Both the position numbers and the translations under genes were made by a program. The notes beneath the pieces were generated by a model that saw nothing but the letters and a program-made list of their open reading frames with translations, was not told where the DNA came from and made no database searches. 64,000 bases of DNA from a virus: IMG/VR virus record IMGVR_UViG_3300035698_014689, positions 30,887 through 94,886 of that record; one strand, given 5' to 3'. This document shows positions 38,422 to 48,567 of the stretch, in pieces (the stretch's first letter is position 1; every line of letters begins with the position of its first letter).

Positions 38422-41400
38422 AGAGTATCGTGAATATCCTGATTCTCCATCAAGATTTTAACCAGCTCGTCCTTCCCTTTGGCTCTTATCTCATCGTCCC
38501 CATAAGAGAAAAACCACTCACCTTTTCCACACTTGATAAGGCCAAGCTGACGGCAGTATTTTATAATTGATTCAGCGTTATTCACATCGCCTTGCTCATA
38601 CCCGTCATATTCGCCCACGGACAGATGGAAGAGAAACTCCTCTTTGGCGGGGTACGTTTTATTCTTGGCGGTCGTTCCTGAAATCTCCACATATGCGTTC
38701 TTGCAAATCTTCGGAACATCGTGGTATTTGCCAGTTTTCATACGAAGTTCTATACTATTGGCAAAACGCTGTCCTTTCCCAGCGGGAAGAGTCATTGTAT
38801 CACCAAACATAACGCCTATCTTTTCTCTAGGCTGATTCAGACAAAATAAACTCGGGCCACGTCCTTTCAAGCCATTCAGAGCTGACTGCCATTTTCTGAA
38901 GGCACGATTCATCATCAACGCTTGCCGTCCTATCACGCCCTCTTCAGCCGATTTTTCTAGCTCCACAGTAGGAACAGCCATAGCAATTGAATCGAAAACA
39001 ATTGCGTCGAAAATGCCCTCGTTGATCGCAGTAGTGGTGACATCCACAGCCTGCTCCCCACACTCGGGCTTAAATACCATATTCAGAGTGGTGTCAAAAC
39101 CGAGCTTCTGCGCCCACTCCACATCAAATGTATTATGAGCAACAAAATCATTGACTACAAAATTATGAGTCTCGTTAATAGTTAAATCAAAAGTCTCTAC
39201 CAATCCTCCATCTTCTATTGAAACTATCCGATCAAAAACAAAATCTGTATCATTCTCGACTTTCTTTCTAACATCTTCGTCTGTAGGGAAAAAATGAACA
39301 CCCTGCGTTTGTTTAGGCAACCTCTTCTTAGCACCATCAAAATACTTACTATACCAACTCTCCAACAATCGTTGTTTCCTACCTAATAACCGAAATGTTT
39401 CATAAAACTTCAACAGTTCTATTCCATTGATAGAGATCAAACCCGTTTTATCATATCTCTCCAAATCAGGACGCTTCAAAGTACTATGAATACCAAAACG
39501 TCTTAAAAGCATCCGTAACTGCATTAATAATTCTAAGCTATTATTACTAAAGGAAAGGGACGCTCTACTCTTATTAACAGTACCATCAGTCATAAAAAGA
39601 GCTACTACCAATCCTTTTAAATTCTCTGTCTTTTGTTGCCAAACATCTATAGGAATATGCTTTCTTTCTTTTGTTACTCCTATTAAACCCTGCTCCTTTA
39701 CAAACGTTCGTAAAGCTAAAGGATGCCATCTATTAGCCTTCTCAATGCCTGAAATCCTATAATGTCTATCATCATTCAGAGTTAGTTTTGCACCAAATCT
39801 TCTGCAAATACGGGTCATCTCATCTAATACTTCTTTATCGATATTTGTAAAAGACATACAGGCTGAAGGGTCAAAATAACCATCACCTAACATATAACCA
39901 AGAAAAGAGATCAAATCTCTATCAATATCCGAACGTTCGAAATCAAGAAACAAATTTCGTGGACGAGTTAACCAATCTGAAGAAGACAATTCATCTGATC
40001 TTTTCCAAATAAGACACTTCGACTCCTTATCATAGATGAGCATTCTGTGATTCTCTGTCACACTAACAGATTCACCATTAGCAGTACTAATCTTCAAAAC
40101 TCTCTTTTCTCCATTCTCATACCAATTCTCAATTTTACTACAAAGAGCTTTCCCATCAAACTCTGATAAAACATCACTTTGGATTTTATTCTTAATCATC
40201 TCCTCAATCGGAACAAAAGTACCATACTCAGGAAGAAATATATGTTCTCCTTTCGCAACACACCCCTCTACGTCAATCACGCAGGCGACACCACGTTCAG
40301 CGTCACCAGTGCATTTGCAATACTCCATCTTCTGGTGGCAGTTTCTGCAATAACTATTGACGGAAGCACACGCCTTTGTCGCTATCATTGTTTTCCCGCA
40401 ATTATGAACGATAAAATTCGAGGCCACGTAATTGTTATATGGAGCAATACATTTTATGTCAAATAACTGTCTTCTTCCAATCGGTTCAATCTTATCTATG
40501 ACATCCTCAACTGCCACATAACGATAATACTGGTGGTTCTCAATCATGTGACCACTCAGATGTTCCCCTGCTTCCATCAGCTCCAAATTCTCAATAGAAT
40601 CATTCTTACTATTCCCATCTTTATGATGAATCGTATATCCTTTCGGCACATAAAAGAAGCCAAAACGTTCCTTAATATCATCACGATTCAGTATCTCTTT
40701 GTACTCTTCATAAGACAACCCGTTTTTATCTGCTTCAAAAACTAAGAAGGACTTGCGTATTCTATGATAATCACAGCCATTAACACGTTTCTTATACCCT
40801 CTAGGATGTGCAAATTTAACCGTTGTTTCTGTATAGCTGATTGCCTCATGCTTCTTTTTGAAGTGTGTATTATTATGGACATAAAGAATACTCCCTGCTT
40901 CCATCTCACTTAACTTTAAATACCTCCCTTCTCCCACATAAAACTTATGTTCAGCAGTGCATTCAATTGCATGTCCTCCAATAGTGGACACTCTAAAACA
41001 ATCGTTCCTTCCACAGTCAACGACATCAACCACAGGGGTTCTAAAGATTCTATCATCCTCATCAATCGAGGGAACAACAAAAGAAGAGCCCATTGTTTCA
41101 GGCCTTTGGTAAGAACCTTTTCCCTTTCTTTGTAAACCATGAAAACGATTATACAGATTCTCGATTGTTCCTCCCTTATGGTTCTGAACCTTCCCTTCTT
41201 TATCAATAACAGAATAAGGAATAAACGTGTCCTTTGATAAACAGGATTCGGGGCCGTATAACAGAAAAATTCTACTGCGAGGCCAGCCTCCACCAAGAGC
41301 TAAATCCAGCTCTAAACTTCCTGAAGAAAATCGTGTACTTGTTTTGAAAAGTGGATCGCAGGCAAAACTGGCGGATTCAGGTATGACCTTGTTGACCTTG

Positions 41401-41429
41401 TCGATAAATGCTTTGACTTTCAAACTCAT
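38391..41429 (-). CDS. recA: RecA/UvsX recombinase with two inteins (354-aa extein)
   Basis: SSGSLELDLALGGG, YGPES|CGKT, IDVEG|TFD, VFDSIA and NQPREKIG motifs. Confidence 0.95.
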   Translation of the reverse strand: MSLKVKAFIDKVNKVIPESASFACDPLFKTSTRFSSGSLELDLALGGGWPRSRIFLLYGPESCLSKDTFIPYSVIDKEGKVQNHKGGTIENLYNRFHGLQRKGKGSYQRPETMGSSFVVPSIDEDDRIFRTPVVDVVDCGRNDCFRVSTIGGHAIECTAEHKFYVGEGRYLKLSEMEAGSILYVHNNTHFKKKHEAISYTETTVKFAHPRGYKKRVNGCDYHRIRKSFLVFEADKNGLSYEEYKEILNRDDIKERFGFFYVPKGYTIHHKDGNSKNDSIENLELMEAGEHLSGHMIENHQYYRYVAVEDVIDKIEPIGRRQLFDIKCIAPYNNYVASNFIVHNCGKTMIATKACASVNSYCRNCHQKMEYCKCTGDAERGVACVIDVEGCVAKGEHIFLPEYGTFVPIEEMIKNKIQSDVLSEFDGKALCSKIENWYENGEKRVLKISTANGESVSVTENHRMLIYDKESKCLIWKRSDELSSSDWLTRPRNLFLDFERSDIDRDLISFLGYMLGDGYFDPSACMSFTNIDKEVLDEMTRICRRFGAKLTLNDDRHYRISGIEKANRWHPLALRTFVKEQGLIGVTKERKHIPIDVWQQKTENLKGLVVALFMTDGTVNKSRASLSFSNNSLELLMQLRMLLRRFGIHSTLKRPDLERYDKTGLISINGIELLKFYETFRLLGRKQRLLESWYSKYFDGAKKRLPKQTQGVHFFPTDEDVRKKVENDTDFVFDRIVSIEDGGLVETFDLTINETHNFVVNDFVAHNTFDVEWAQKLGFDTTLNMVFKPECGEQAVDVTTTAINEGIFDAIVFDSIAMAVPTVELEKSAEEGVIGRQALMMNRAFRKWQSALNGLKGRGPSLFCLNQPREKIGVMFGDTMTLPAGKGQRFANSIELRMKTGKYHDVPKICKNAYVEISGTTAKNKTYPAKEEFLFHLSVGEYDGYEQGDVNNAESIIKYCRQLGLIKCGKGEWFFSYGDDEIRAKGKDELVKILMENQDIHDTLWEYVLEEKL
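39132..40262 (-). mobile_element. RecA intein 2 (377 aa, LAGLIDADG)
   Basis: CVAKG...VTENHR...LGYMLGDG...LFMTDG...FVAHN followed by T. Confidence 0.92.
40401..41243 (-). mobile_element. RecA intein 1 (281 aa, HNH), inserted in the P-loop
   Basis: CLSKD...CTAEHKF...IHHKDGNSKNDSIENL...FIVHN followed by C. Confidence 0.92.
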
Positions 41430-41440
41430 TTTACACCTCT

Positions 41441-41513
41441 AAAAAGAGAGGACAGGCCAACCATCGACACCCATCGCCAAAAGACGAGAAAGTGGAGAAT
41501 GACCTGCCCTCCC
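41441..41513 (-). terminator. Long irregular hairpin plus U5 upstream of recA
   Basis: 14-bp stem GGGAGGGCAGGUCA/UGGCCUGUCCUCUC with G-U pairs, then UUUUU and the RBS. Confidence 0.6.
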
Positions 41514-41523
41514 AACACCCTAT

Positions 41524-42597
41524 TTACTCTTTGACCGAACGAATGTCCTCGACCTCTTTGTTCAACCTTTCAGTGATGAAAGTTTTCGCAAATTGGAATG
41601 CCTCGGGCATTTCCTCCACATAACAAGGAACAGTGCAATGGACATCAACCTTACAGGACTCGTAATTTCCCATATTCACAGTCATGCCCAGCATCACTGA
41701 AACAGACGCTGTGTCCGTCTCAAAAGCCTTCACATCAATGGACTCCTCCTCCGTTTCAGTATCAAGGATTTCCCCCGACTTCGAGAACTGCTTACTAACG
41801 TGAATTTTACCATTCTTCAAGCAACATCCAGCATCCTTTGTGGATGACCCGACTGAAGCGGTTGGAGAGACTTTATACCAGTGACGACCCTCGTGGCCTT
41901 TTGGCTTGGTGCACTGCCTTCCAGCACGATCCTTGTAATCACACTGATTTGGATCAATTACAGGAGCATCACCAGCCGATGCCTCCTCCTCAGCCTTAGC
42001 GACCAACTCCTCGGCAATGACAGCCTTCTCATGCTCCTCGGTCAGCTCGGCGATTTCCTTCTTCAATGTTGAAGCCATTTCGAATTCAGTGTCCTCAACA
42101 GCTTTCGCCATTTCGAGTCTCTTCTCTTCAATCGCCTGTGCAATGATTGCACTCTCAGGAGCTTCAGGAGCATCCTCGGGCTCCGTTGGAGAAGGCTTCT
42201 CGGGAGCATTCCCTTCCTCACCCTCAGCCAAAGTGGCCTTTTTCTCGGGAGCAGGCGTGCCTTTATCAGAGACAAAGGAAATATCATCATCGGAACTTCC
42301 CTTTTTCTCCGTCTTCTCCGTCTTCCCCGTTCCCTCTGTCTTTTCAGACTTCTCCAACTCGGCCAGTTTTTTGGCCTTTTCAGCAGGTTCAGATTTTCCA
42401 GCGTCCTTCTTAAAAGAAATATCATCACCAGCATCAACGGCCTCTTTTTTAGGGGCATCTTTTGCGGGGGCTTCTTTCTTCGTGGAAACCACAGTCTCCG
42501 CAGTTACTTTTTTCTCTTCAACAGGCGTGGCAGTTTCTCCAGCACCTCCAGCTTTATCAGCCAATTTCTTGGCGCGTAGTCGTTCTAATACACTCAT
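41524..42597 (-). CDS. Acidic low-complexity protein with a UVR motif and a conserved phage C-terminal domain
   Basis: MAKAVEDTEFEMASTLKKEI (UvrB/C-type motif), CTKPKGHEGRH and TVNMGNYESCKVDV. Confidence 0.65.
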   Translation of the reverse strand: MSVLERLRAKKLADKAGGAGETATPVEEKKVTAETVVSTKKEAPAKDAPKKEAVDAGDDISFKKDAGKSEPAEKAKKLAELEKSEKTEGTGKTEKTEKKGSSDDDISFVSDKGTPAPEKKATLAEGEEGNAPEKPSPTEPEDAPEAPESAIIAQAIEEKRLEMAKAVEDTEFEMASTLKKEIAELTEEHEKAVIAEELVAKAEEEASAGDAPVIDPNQCDYKDRAGRQCTKPKGHEGRHWYKVSPTASVGSSTKDAGCCLKNGKIHVSKQFSKSGEILDTETEEESIDVKAFETDTASVSVMLGMTVNMGNYESCKVDVHCTVPCYVEEMPEAFQFAKTFITERLNKEVEDIRSVKE

Positions 42598-42723
42598 GTA
42601 TCTCTCCTTTGATTCGGTTCCTTACTAACTATTTGAGAATTCTTTGTGGGACACTTTTTCATTTCATAATAATTTCCTCCTATTCCTTTTCCATCTGATC
42701 TTTACAATTTCATGTCAAAAAAT

Positions 42724-42752
42724 AACATAAACTCTTGAGCCTAAAATACAAG
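42724..42752 (-). promoter_or_regulatory. Putative promoter
   Basis: CTTGTA-17 nt-TATGTT. Confidence 0.6.
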
Positions 42753-42762
42753 GTCTTGTAAC

Positions 42763-43125
42763 TTATTTCCGATCAATTTTTTGTGCAATCAAAGTCACCT
42801 CACGGATCAGAGTATTGAACTGAATCTGATGACTGAAATCATCCTGTAGTTTTAAACGCTCCTCCCGTATCTTTTCAGCCAATTCCTTACTCTTTTCCAG
42901 TATCTCATCCTCCGCCTCGGAGATTTGTGCCAGTGCCTCAAAGTAAAGATCATGTGCAGACCAAACGCATTCCTCCGCTTCCTCCATATTTATCTCAGCA
43001 AAATAAGCATGTTTCGGATAGCCTAGATCAGCCTCCACTAAAAGGATTTGCGCTTTCCCCATTTTAATCTGTGCCTTTCCTAAGTGCTTCCTCGTACAAT
43101 CAAAACATCCATCTCTATCAAACAT
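42763..43125 (-). CDS. Hypothetical helical protein
   Basis: 120-aa ORF. Confidence 0.55.
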   Translation of the reverse strand: MFDRDGCFDCTRKHLGKAQIKMGKAQILLVEADLGYPKHAYFAEINMEEAEECVWSAHDLYFEALAQISEAEDEILEKSKELAEKIREERLKLQDDFSHQIQFNTLIREVTLIAQKIDRK

Positions 43126-43128
43126 AAT

Positions 43129-45705
43129 CTACGCCTTTATTGTGAAGCCTAATTCGGCTACTTGAAATTTACGCTTCTTAGCCATGTTACGACAGTGTGT
43201 CACATTATCCACATAGTCCACGACCACGGGTTCCTTCTTACCTTTATGTACTCTCTGAATTCGTCCTATAGGTTGCTCCACATCCGCTCTAGGTGTTGCG
43301 AGAAAACATGTGTCCATATCAGGAATATCAGTTCCCTCCGAATTGTGAACCACTACATCAGAAATACTATAACAATGGAAATCAGGAATTGAAATATCCC
43401 CTACTTCTTGTTCTCCTAATTCTTCAAAATCAAGTATTGGAATCCAACGTATATTTGGAAGCAACTGATTATCTAAATTAAAATGCGAAATCAACTCGGA
43501 TAACGCCAAATAACCACCATCTTTATTGCAATGTAAAAACTTGCTGGTATAACCACTCTTTTTAAGATGACCACATGCTTCAACGAATGAAATCGTCTTT
43601 TCTTTTAACGCCTCTTTAATTCTAATCACGTATTTTACTGGAACAATGTCTAATTTAGTGACACCATAATCCGTCAATCGTAAATTCTTTCTCTTTTTCT
43701 CTAAAACTAAAGGTATCTCATTTAGAAAGCGTTTTCCATAACAACGAGGGAGACGAAAATGCCAAACAGAGGAGCTAAAATAAACCTTGGAAGAAACAAA
43801 ACCAAGACGTGAGAAAAGCGTGACGCATTGATTAACCAATGCTTTATTTTTGCCACAAAACCCAACTAAGCCCTCTTTATCCACATGACCGTCTGTATCA
43901 ATCAAACCAGCTAATATAAAACGTATCTTCTCTTTAGGTAAAAACATGAATTCTTCAGGGATCGTCTTATTTTCACACTTATTCTTCATCCTATATTTTC
44001 GTAACACTGATTGAAGCCAAGAAAGATTCTTCTTAGAGTATTTCCCTCTATCCAAACAGCGGGATCGAAAATGCTGAGAACGGTTTTCTTTCAAATACAT
44101 ACCGTGGGTTCTCAAAATAAAATCACATCTTTCTACCAACTCCTTATCATCTGAAGTGAATTCTATGAAGCCTTTTTGAACCATACAACCGTCTCCAATC
44201 AAAGCTCCTAAAAGATACAAATCATACTTAGACAGTTCTTTAATATCCTTAGTTTCTACATCTATAACCCTAGGTGAAATCAAGAAATCGTGTGCAGTTA
44301 ATCGCACTGCTTCTTTCCATCCATCATCAGTTAATACTCGATGATCCTTAGAAGTGTCCAAATTACCCAACAAATGCTTAATTCTTATACAATCTTTTTT
44401 GCCTGCTTCCATAAATGAAGTGCCTTTATCTGTGAATTGATGTCTGTGACTACTAACATCATAAGATAATACACATTCTTCTGATTTCAAGTACTGAATC
44501 TGTTTTTCTTCGCCAGAAATATAATCCTTAAATAAGGTGGTTGACGGGATACACATCATCTGATAAGAAGCAATGATAATAGACATCTGACTTGACCTTT
44601 TCAACTCATCCTTTTTCATTCCTCCAAGATACAATCCAACGGATGCAAAACCACCCGCCTTCAATAAACGATCCCTTAACTCCTTTTGCAGAAAAAACGC
44701 ATGTTCACGACGGTCGGTCAACACCAAAACCTTCCTGTCAGCATTCAACGCTTTCAGAACCTCTCCCATCAAATGATTGTTTCGATTAGGCTCCTGAGTG
44801 ATCAGAGTGATCAACTTGGCGGAGTTCACACTTCTTCCCCTTTTCGGGACGGTGAACAAAGGATTATACGGCACTTGGAAATACGTGCCAGTGACACGCT
44901 CCCCCTTCATACGTGTGAGTAGAGGGCCTATATGCCAGTGAAACAGAAACTCAAGGCCGTCATTCCGTCGAAATGTTGCAGATAACCCGAGACGTACTCT
45001 CGCTTCAAATTGCCTAACCACGGCCTCAAAAGTGCTGGCTGGTGTATGATGTGCCTCATCAATGATCACCAGCCCAAAATGACCAAATGCTCCTGCCTCC
45101 CTCAAACTCTCAATTTGACTTGTGATAGTGGCGAACATTCCGATAGTGATATGCTTCCCCTCAAAGTCACGTCTCTTCTGCTGAATCCGTCCAACCCTGC
45201 AATGAGGAAGAAACTCATGGATACGCTCTTCCCACTGCTCCAACAAATCGTTTTTATGAACAAGCACCAATGTGGGAACTTTCAGAATAGAAGCTATGTA
45301 GAGGGCGGCCACAGTCTTACCAACGCCACACTCAGCTTCAATCAAACCCCCGTATCTGCCACGCATGGTTTTCAGACTCTCAAAAATATCATTCACGGCA
45401 CTCGTCTGACCTACTCGAAGATCACCCGAGAAGTCAGGAAAGTCAAGGGAGGCTGGAAACTTCGTCCCGTCATATATTCGAAAAGCATGACCGTCCTTCT
45501 CATAGAATCTTTTGAGAAAGTATTGCCGTGGTATTCCAATAATCTGACCCTCCCCCTCAAACACTTTCATACTAATATGTCTGCCGTACTTTTCATCCTT
45601 GACAAAGATGGAAAGATCACGACTCAACATATTCTGAAGCGTTGGCAGTGGAAATATCTTTTTATCAAACCACACTAATCTATCTAATATGACATGATGA
45701 CTCAT
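43129..45705 (-). CDS. SF2 DEAH helicase (UvsW/XPB-like) with an intein
   Basis: CGVGKT, DEAHH, LSAT, SEGTDIP and QPIGRIQR motifs. Confidence 0.93.
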   Translation of the reverse strand: MSHHVILDRLVWFDKKIFPLPTLQNMLSRDLSIFVKDEKYGRHISMKVFEGEGQIIGIPRQYFLKRFYEKDGHAFRIYDGTKFPASLDFPDFSGDLRVGQTSAVNDIFESLKTMRGRYGGLIEAECGVGKTVAALYIASILKVPTLVLVHKNDLLEQWEERIHEFLPHCRVGRIQQKRRDFEGKHITIGMFATITSQIESLREAGAFGHFGLVIIDEAHHTPASTFEAVVRQFEARVRLGLSATFRRNDGLEFLFHWHIGPLLTRMKGERVTGTYFQVPYNPLFTVPKRGRSVNSAKLITLITQEPNRNNHLMGEVLKALNADRKVLVLTDRREHAFFLQKELRDRLLKAGGFASVGLYLGGMKKDELKRSSQMSIIIASYQMMCIPSTTLFKDYISGEEKQIQYLKSEECVLSYDVSSHRHQFTDKGTSFMEAGKKDCIRIKHLLGNLDTSKDHRVLTDDGWKEAVRLTAHDFLISPRVIDVETKDIKELSKYDLYLLGALIGDGCMVQKGFIEFTSDDKELVERCDFILRTHGMYLKENRSQHFRSRCLDRGKYSKKNLSWLQSVLRKYRMKNKCENKTIPEEFMFLPKEKIRFILAGLIDTDGHVDKEGLVGFCGKNKALVNQCVTLFSRLGFVSSKVYFSSSVWHFRLPRCYGKRFLNEIPLVLEKKRKNLRLTDYGVTKLDIVPVKYVIRIKEALKEKTISFVEACGHLKKSGYTSKFLHCNKDGGYLALSELISHFNLDNQLLPNIRWIPILDFEELGEQEVGDISIPDFHCYSISDVVVHNSEGTDIPDMDTCFLATPRADVEQPIGRIQRVHKGKKEPVVVDYVDNVTHCRNMAKKRKFQVAELGFTIKA
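43342..44553 (-). mobile_element. Helicase intein (404 aa, LAGLIDADG)
   Basis: CIPST...TSKDHR...LGALIGDG...LAGLIDTDG...VVVHN followed by S. Confidence 0.92.
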
Positions 45706-45920
45706 TATTTGGGCTCCCCTGTTATCATATCCTCAATCCAATTCTTCCTACAGTCTAAATCTATTTGAATTTTCCCCATAGTCAGGGTAAACATCCTACC
45801 ACTCCAATACGTCCCAAAAGTCCAAGGATCAGTCCATTTAAAACAAGCGAACTTGCCATACCCGCCCCAATACTTAAAACTCAACTTTTCTCCTAAAATC
45901 CTTTTGATGCCTATTTGCAT
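45705..45920 (-). CDS. Hypothetical protein
   Basis: 71 aa with AAGGAG RBS. Confidence 0.5.
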   Translation of the reverse strand: MQIGIKRILGEKLSFKYWGGYGKFACFKWTDPWTFGTYWSGRMFTLTMGKIQIDLDCRKNWIEDMITGEPK

Positions 45921-45943
45921 AACTTCTCCTTTATCTTACTTGA

Positions 45944-47815
45944 CTACTTAGCTCCTCCCCAGTTATCGCAGACCGTCAAATCGGCATTTATCGGAACCGA
46001 TAAGTCTGGAGTTGTATAACGCATCTTCTCCAACAGAATCTCGGACACTTCGGGAGTGAACTCCTTCCTACATTCTATGATGACCTCATCGTGTACTTCA
46101 TTGCTAGGCCAAACACCATCAAGCCAAACACCCGCTGAAACCATGTCATCTCTAAATGCCTTTTCAGCAAGCATCAAATAGTGTGAACCAGCCGACTGAA
46201 TCGGAAAGTTCACGAACATATTCAGAGAATGCTTTTTACTCATCCTGATCGACTTGCTTGGGATACGTCTGATCCTTCCAAAAATATCAGAGACTTGACC
46301 AGCTGAATACATCAAATCCTCCATCTTAATATGCCAGCGTTTCACGCCTTGATATTTTCTGAAAAATTTATTGAGAATATCCTCCCACTCGTCCTCCGTA
46401 TACGTCCCGAACTGTTGCTTCATTTTCCAAGCGGTAGCGAGATATATAGCGGCAAAGTTCACATTCTTGGCGGCGGCATCCACACCAGCAGAAGGACTAC
46501 GGGGCATTCCCGTAACATCTGCTGTCATTTGGTGAATATCCTTACCATGCCAAAACCCCTTGAATTCGGGGTCTTTAATTACCTGTTCATTTCCCTCCTC
46601 CCCGCAATTAGGACAGTGTGTGAGGTAAACAGTATTATCGCCTTTAGAATCGCATACATGGCATTCCCAACTGGTGTACGCTGATCTCATCTCCGCATCC
46701 TGAGAGACGTGAGCCATCAACCGCAACTCCATCTGTGAAAGGTCAACAACTATCAAATCCATTCCTTTCGGTGCTTCCACACAACTTCTGATATTCAATT
46801 CAGGGTCTTTGATCACAGGCTGATTCTGAAAATTTGGTTCTCTCTGACGTTTCCTTCCAGTAACACTTGTCAAATAAACAGAGGGATGAATACGACTTTC
46901 CATACTTTCACGAGCCCTCAAAGTATTCGGCTCCAAATAAGTGCCAATCATCTTCGCGGCATTTCGATAATTGATCAAATTACCTATCTCGGGGTATTTG
47001 ACGGCAAGCACCTCGACCACTTCTTTATTCAATTGAAATTGTTTTGTCTTTTCAGTGCGTGGAACTCCTGACGAATCCCAACGCATATCCTCGAACATAC
47101 GTTTTCCTAATTGCTTATTAGAATTGAGATTTATATCATCTCCTAAAATCAACTGGAGTTTTGTCTTAGCATCCTCCCTGAAAACCTTGTACTTTTCAAT
47201 CAATTCCTCAGACCTTGGAACAGACCACAGGCAACCACGCTCTTCCTGTTCGCAAGCATATCTCAAACCGTGCATGTAAATCTTATAAAAGATTTCTTCC
47301 AAGTTGTCCTTGATCATACGTGGCTGAAGCCAGTCCAGCCAGTAACGAAGAGTCCAAAAACAGTCCTCTTTTCCATAGTCAAAAAACTCTTTGCTGTGAC
47401 GACCAAAGGCTGACGTTTCTTTGTATGTAGCCATTTGATGATTAAAAACGTCTTTTATACGAGCCTTCAAACCAATACGACTTTCAATTATATTCTCATC
47501 AACGAGATTAGTGGCAACCATCGTATCGGCTAAGTTGACGGGATATTTATCAATCAGTTTTTCCTTCCGCAATCCACGTAAATCAAACTTGATGTTATGG
47601 CCGACAATTCTACGATCATCTATCAGAATGCAATCAAGTGCACAACGTATCTCATCTCGATCCTCAGTGTAGGAGGAAAGAATCTTGGAGTCTTTTGGGT
47701 TTTTCGCGGCAAATCCACATCCCCAAAACTCCCAGTCATCTTGATGAATATGCGGATGATTGCTTTCTATATCTAAAACAATGTCGCCCTGTATATTGAG
47801 TATCTTTTCCAGCAT
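45944..47815 (-). CDS. polA: Family A DNA polymerase with 3'-5' exonuclease
   Basis: DIES, GHNIKFD, DLSQMELR (motif A), KNVNF...Y (motif B) and VHDE (motif C). Confidence 0.95.
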   Translation of the reverse strand: MLEKILNIQGDIVLDIESNHPHIHQDDWEFWGCGFAAKNPKDSKILSSYTEDRDEIRCALDCILIDDRRIVGHNIKFDLRGLRKEKLIDKYPVNLADTMVATNLVDENIIESRIGLKARIKDVFNHQMATYKETSAFGRHSKEFFDYGKEDCFWTLRYWLDWLQPRMIKDNLEEIFYKIYMHGLRYACEQEERGCLWSVPRSEELIEKYKVFREDAKTKLQLILGDDINLNSNKQLGKRMFEDMRWDSSGVPRTEKTKQFQLNKEVVEVLAVKYPEIGNLINYRNAAKMIGTYLEPNTLRARESMESRIHPSVYLTSVTGRKRQREPNFQNQPVIKDPELNIRSCVEAPKGMDLIVVDLSQMELRLMAHVSQDAEMRSAYTSWECHVCDSKGDNTVYLTHCPNCGEEGNEQVIKDPEFKGFWHGKDIHQMTADVTGMPRSPSAGVDAAAKNVNFAAIYLATAWKMKQQFGTYTEDEWEDILNKFFRKYQGVKRWHIKMEDLMYSAGQVSDIFGRIRRIPSKSIRMSKKHSLNMFVNFPIQSAGSHYLMLAEKAFRDDMVSAGVWLDGVWPSNEVHDEVIIECRKEFTPEVSEILLEKMRYTTPDLSVPINADLTVCDNWGGAK

Positions 47816-47831
47816 CGTATTTTCTCCAATT

Positions 47832-47896
47832 AAAAAGAGGAGAGGCTCAAGGCACATCCACCTAATAAAAGATGATTTATACCCTGCCCCTCTCCC
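47832..47896 (-). terminator. Long irregular hairpin plus U5 between SSB and polA
   Basis: GGGAGAGG..CAGGGUAUA pairs with UGUGCCUUG..CCUCUCCU, then UUUUU. Confidence 0.6.
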
Positions 47897-47907
47897 AAAA
47901 TCAAAAC

Positions 47908-48567
47908 CTAGTAACGGGGTTTCTCGGCCTCGCCACCAATAGTGCCCTGAGCTTTCAATTTCCGCACATACTGCTCAACCAAATCAGGGTTTGGCTTCAA
48001 GAGCTCCGCGTAATCAAACTCATCAAGGCAAGGGAATTTACTCATCGTCCCCTCATCAACCATTCCCTCGAATTCAAACGTGTCGCCAACAGAGGGTGAC
48101 TTGGAGTCCGCACCACGAAAAACAGAGTAGCAAGCACCCTTCAGGCTCTCACCTTTATCAACACGTTTCTTGTGTTGACGTACCAGTTTTTCCCACGTGG
48201 CGTTCTTGGCTATGAGAAGTCGCCTCTCATTCTTGTGCTCTTTCCCCGCTTTGTCGGTGTACTTGTTCGTATCAATCACCGTGAAAACAGCGGCCTGATA
48301 ACGTCCTACACCCAGATCACAGAGAGGGCAGGGCTTTCCAAGATGTGAGAGACAAGTCGCGTAGTTTCGATATGAACTGCCGATTTTCATCGAGTGCTCA
48401 AACATAATAACTTCGGGCTCACCTGTCAGGAAAATAATTCTGCGTTCTGTCTCTTTAGGCATCCAGTAGCGGATACCCGCGGACTCGTTTCTTACGGGCT
48501 TGTCAAATTCGGTGTCAAAACCTTTGCCACCTGCATACCAATCGCCTTTCTTGCTTTCTTCACTCAT
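47908..48567 (-). CDS. Single-stranded DNA-binding protein (gp32-like, Zn-binding)
   Basis: EH...TC......CPLC motif, acidic tail, located in the replication cluster. Confidence 0.75.
   Translation of the reverse strand: MSEESKKGDWYAGGKGFDTEFDKPVRNESAGIRYWMPKETERRIIFLTGEPEVIMFEHSMKIGSSYRNYATCLSHLGKPCPLCDLGVGRYQAAVFTVIDTNKYTDKAGKEHKNERRLLIAKNATWEKLVRQHKKRVDKGESLKGACYSVFRGADSKSPSVGDTFEFEGMVDEGTMSKFPCLDEFDYAELLKPNPDLVEQYVRKLKAQGTIGGEAEKPRY

Noticed and set aside
42138-44307. Near-copies of the motif (GTGCAATGATTGCAC at 42138; GTGCAGTTAATCGCAC at 44292)
   Set aside because: One has a 5-bp spacer and the other has a mismatched half-site with a non-consensus spacer, so neither was counted.
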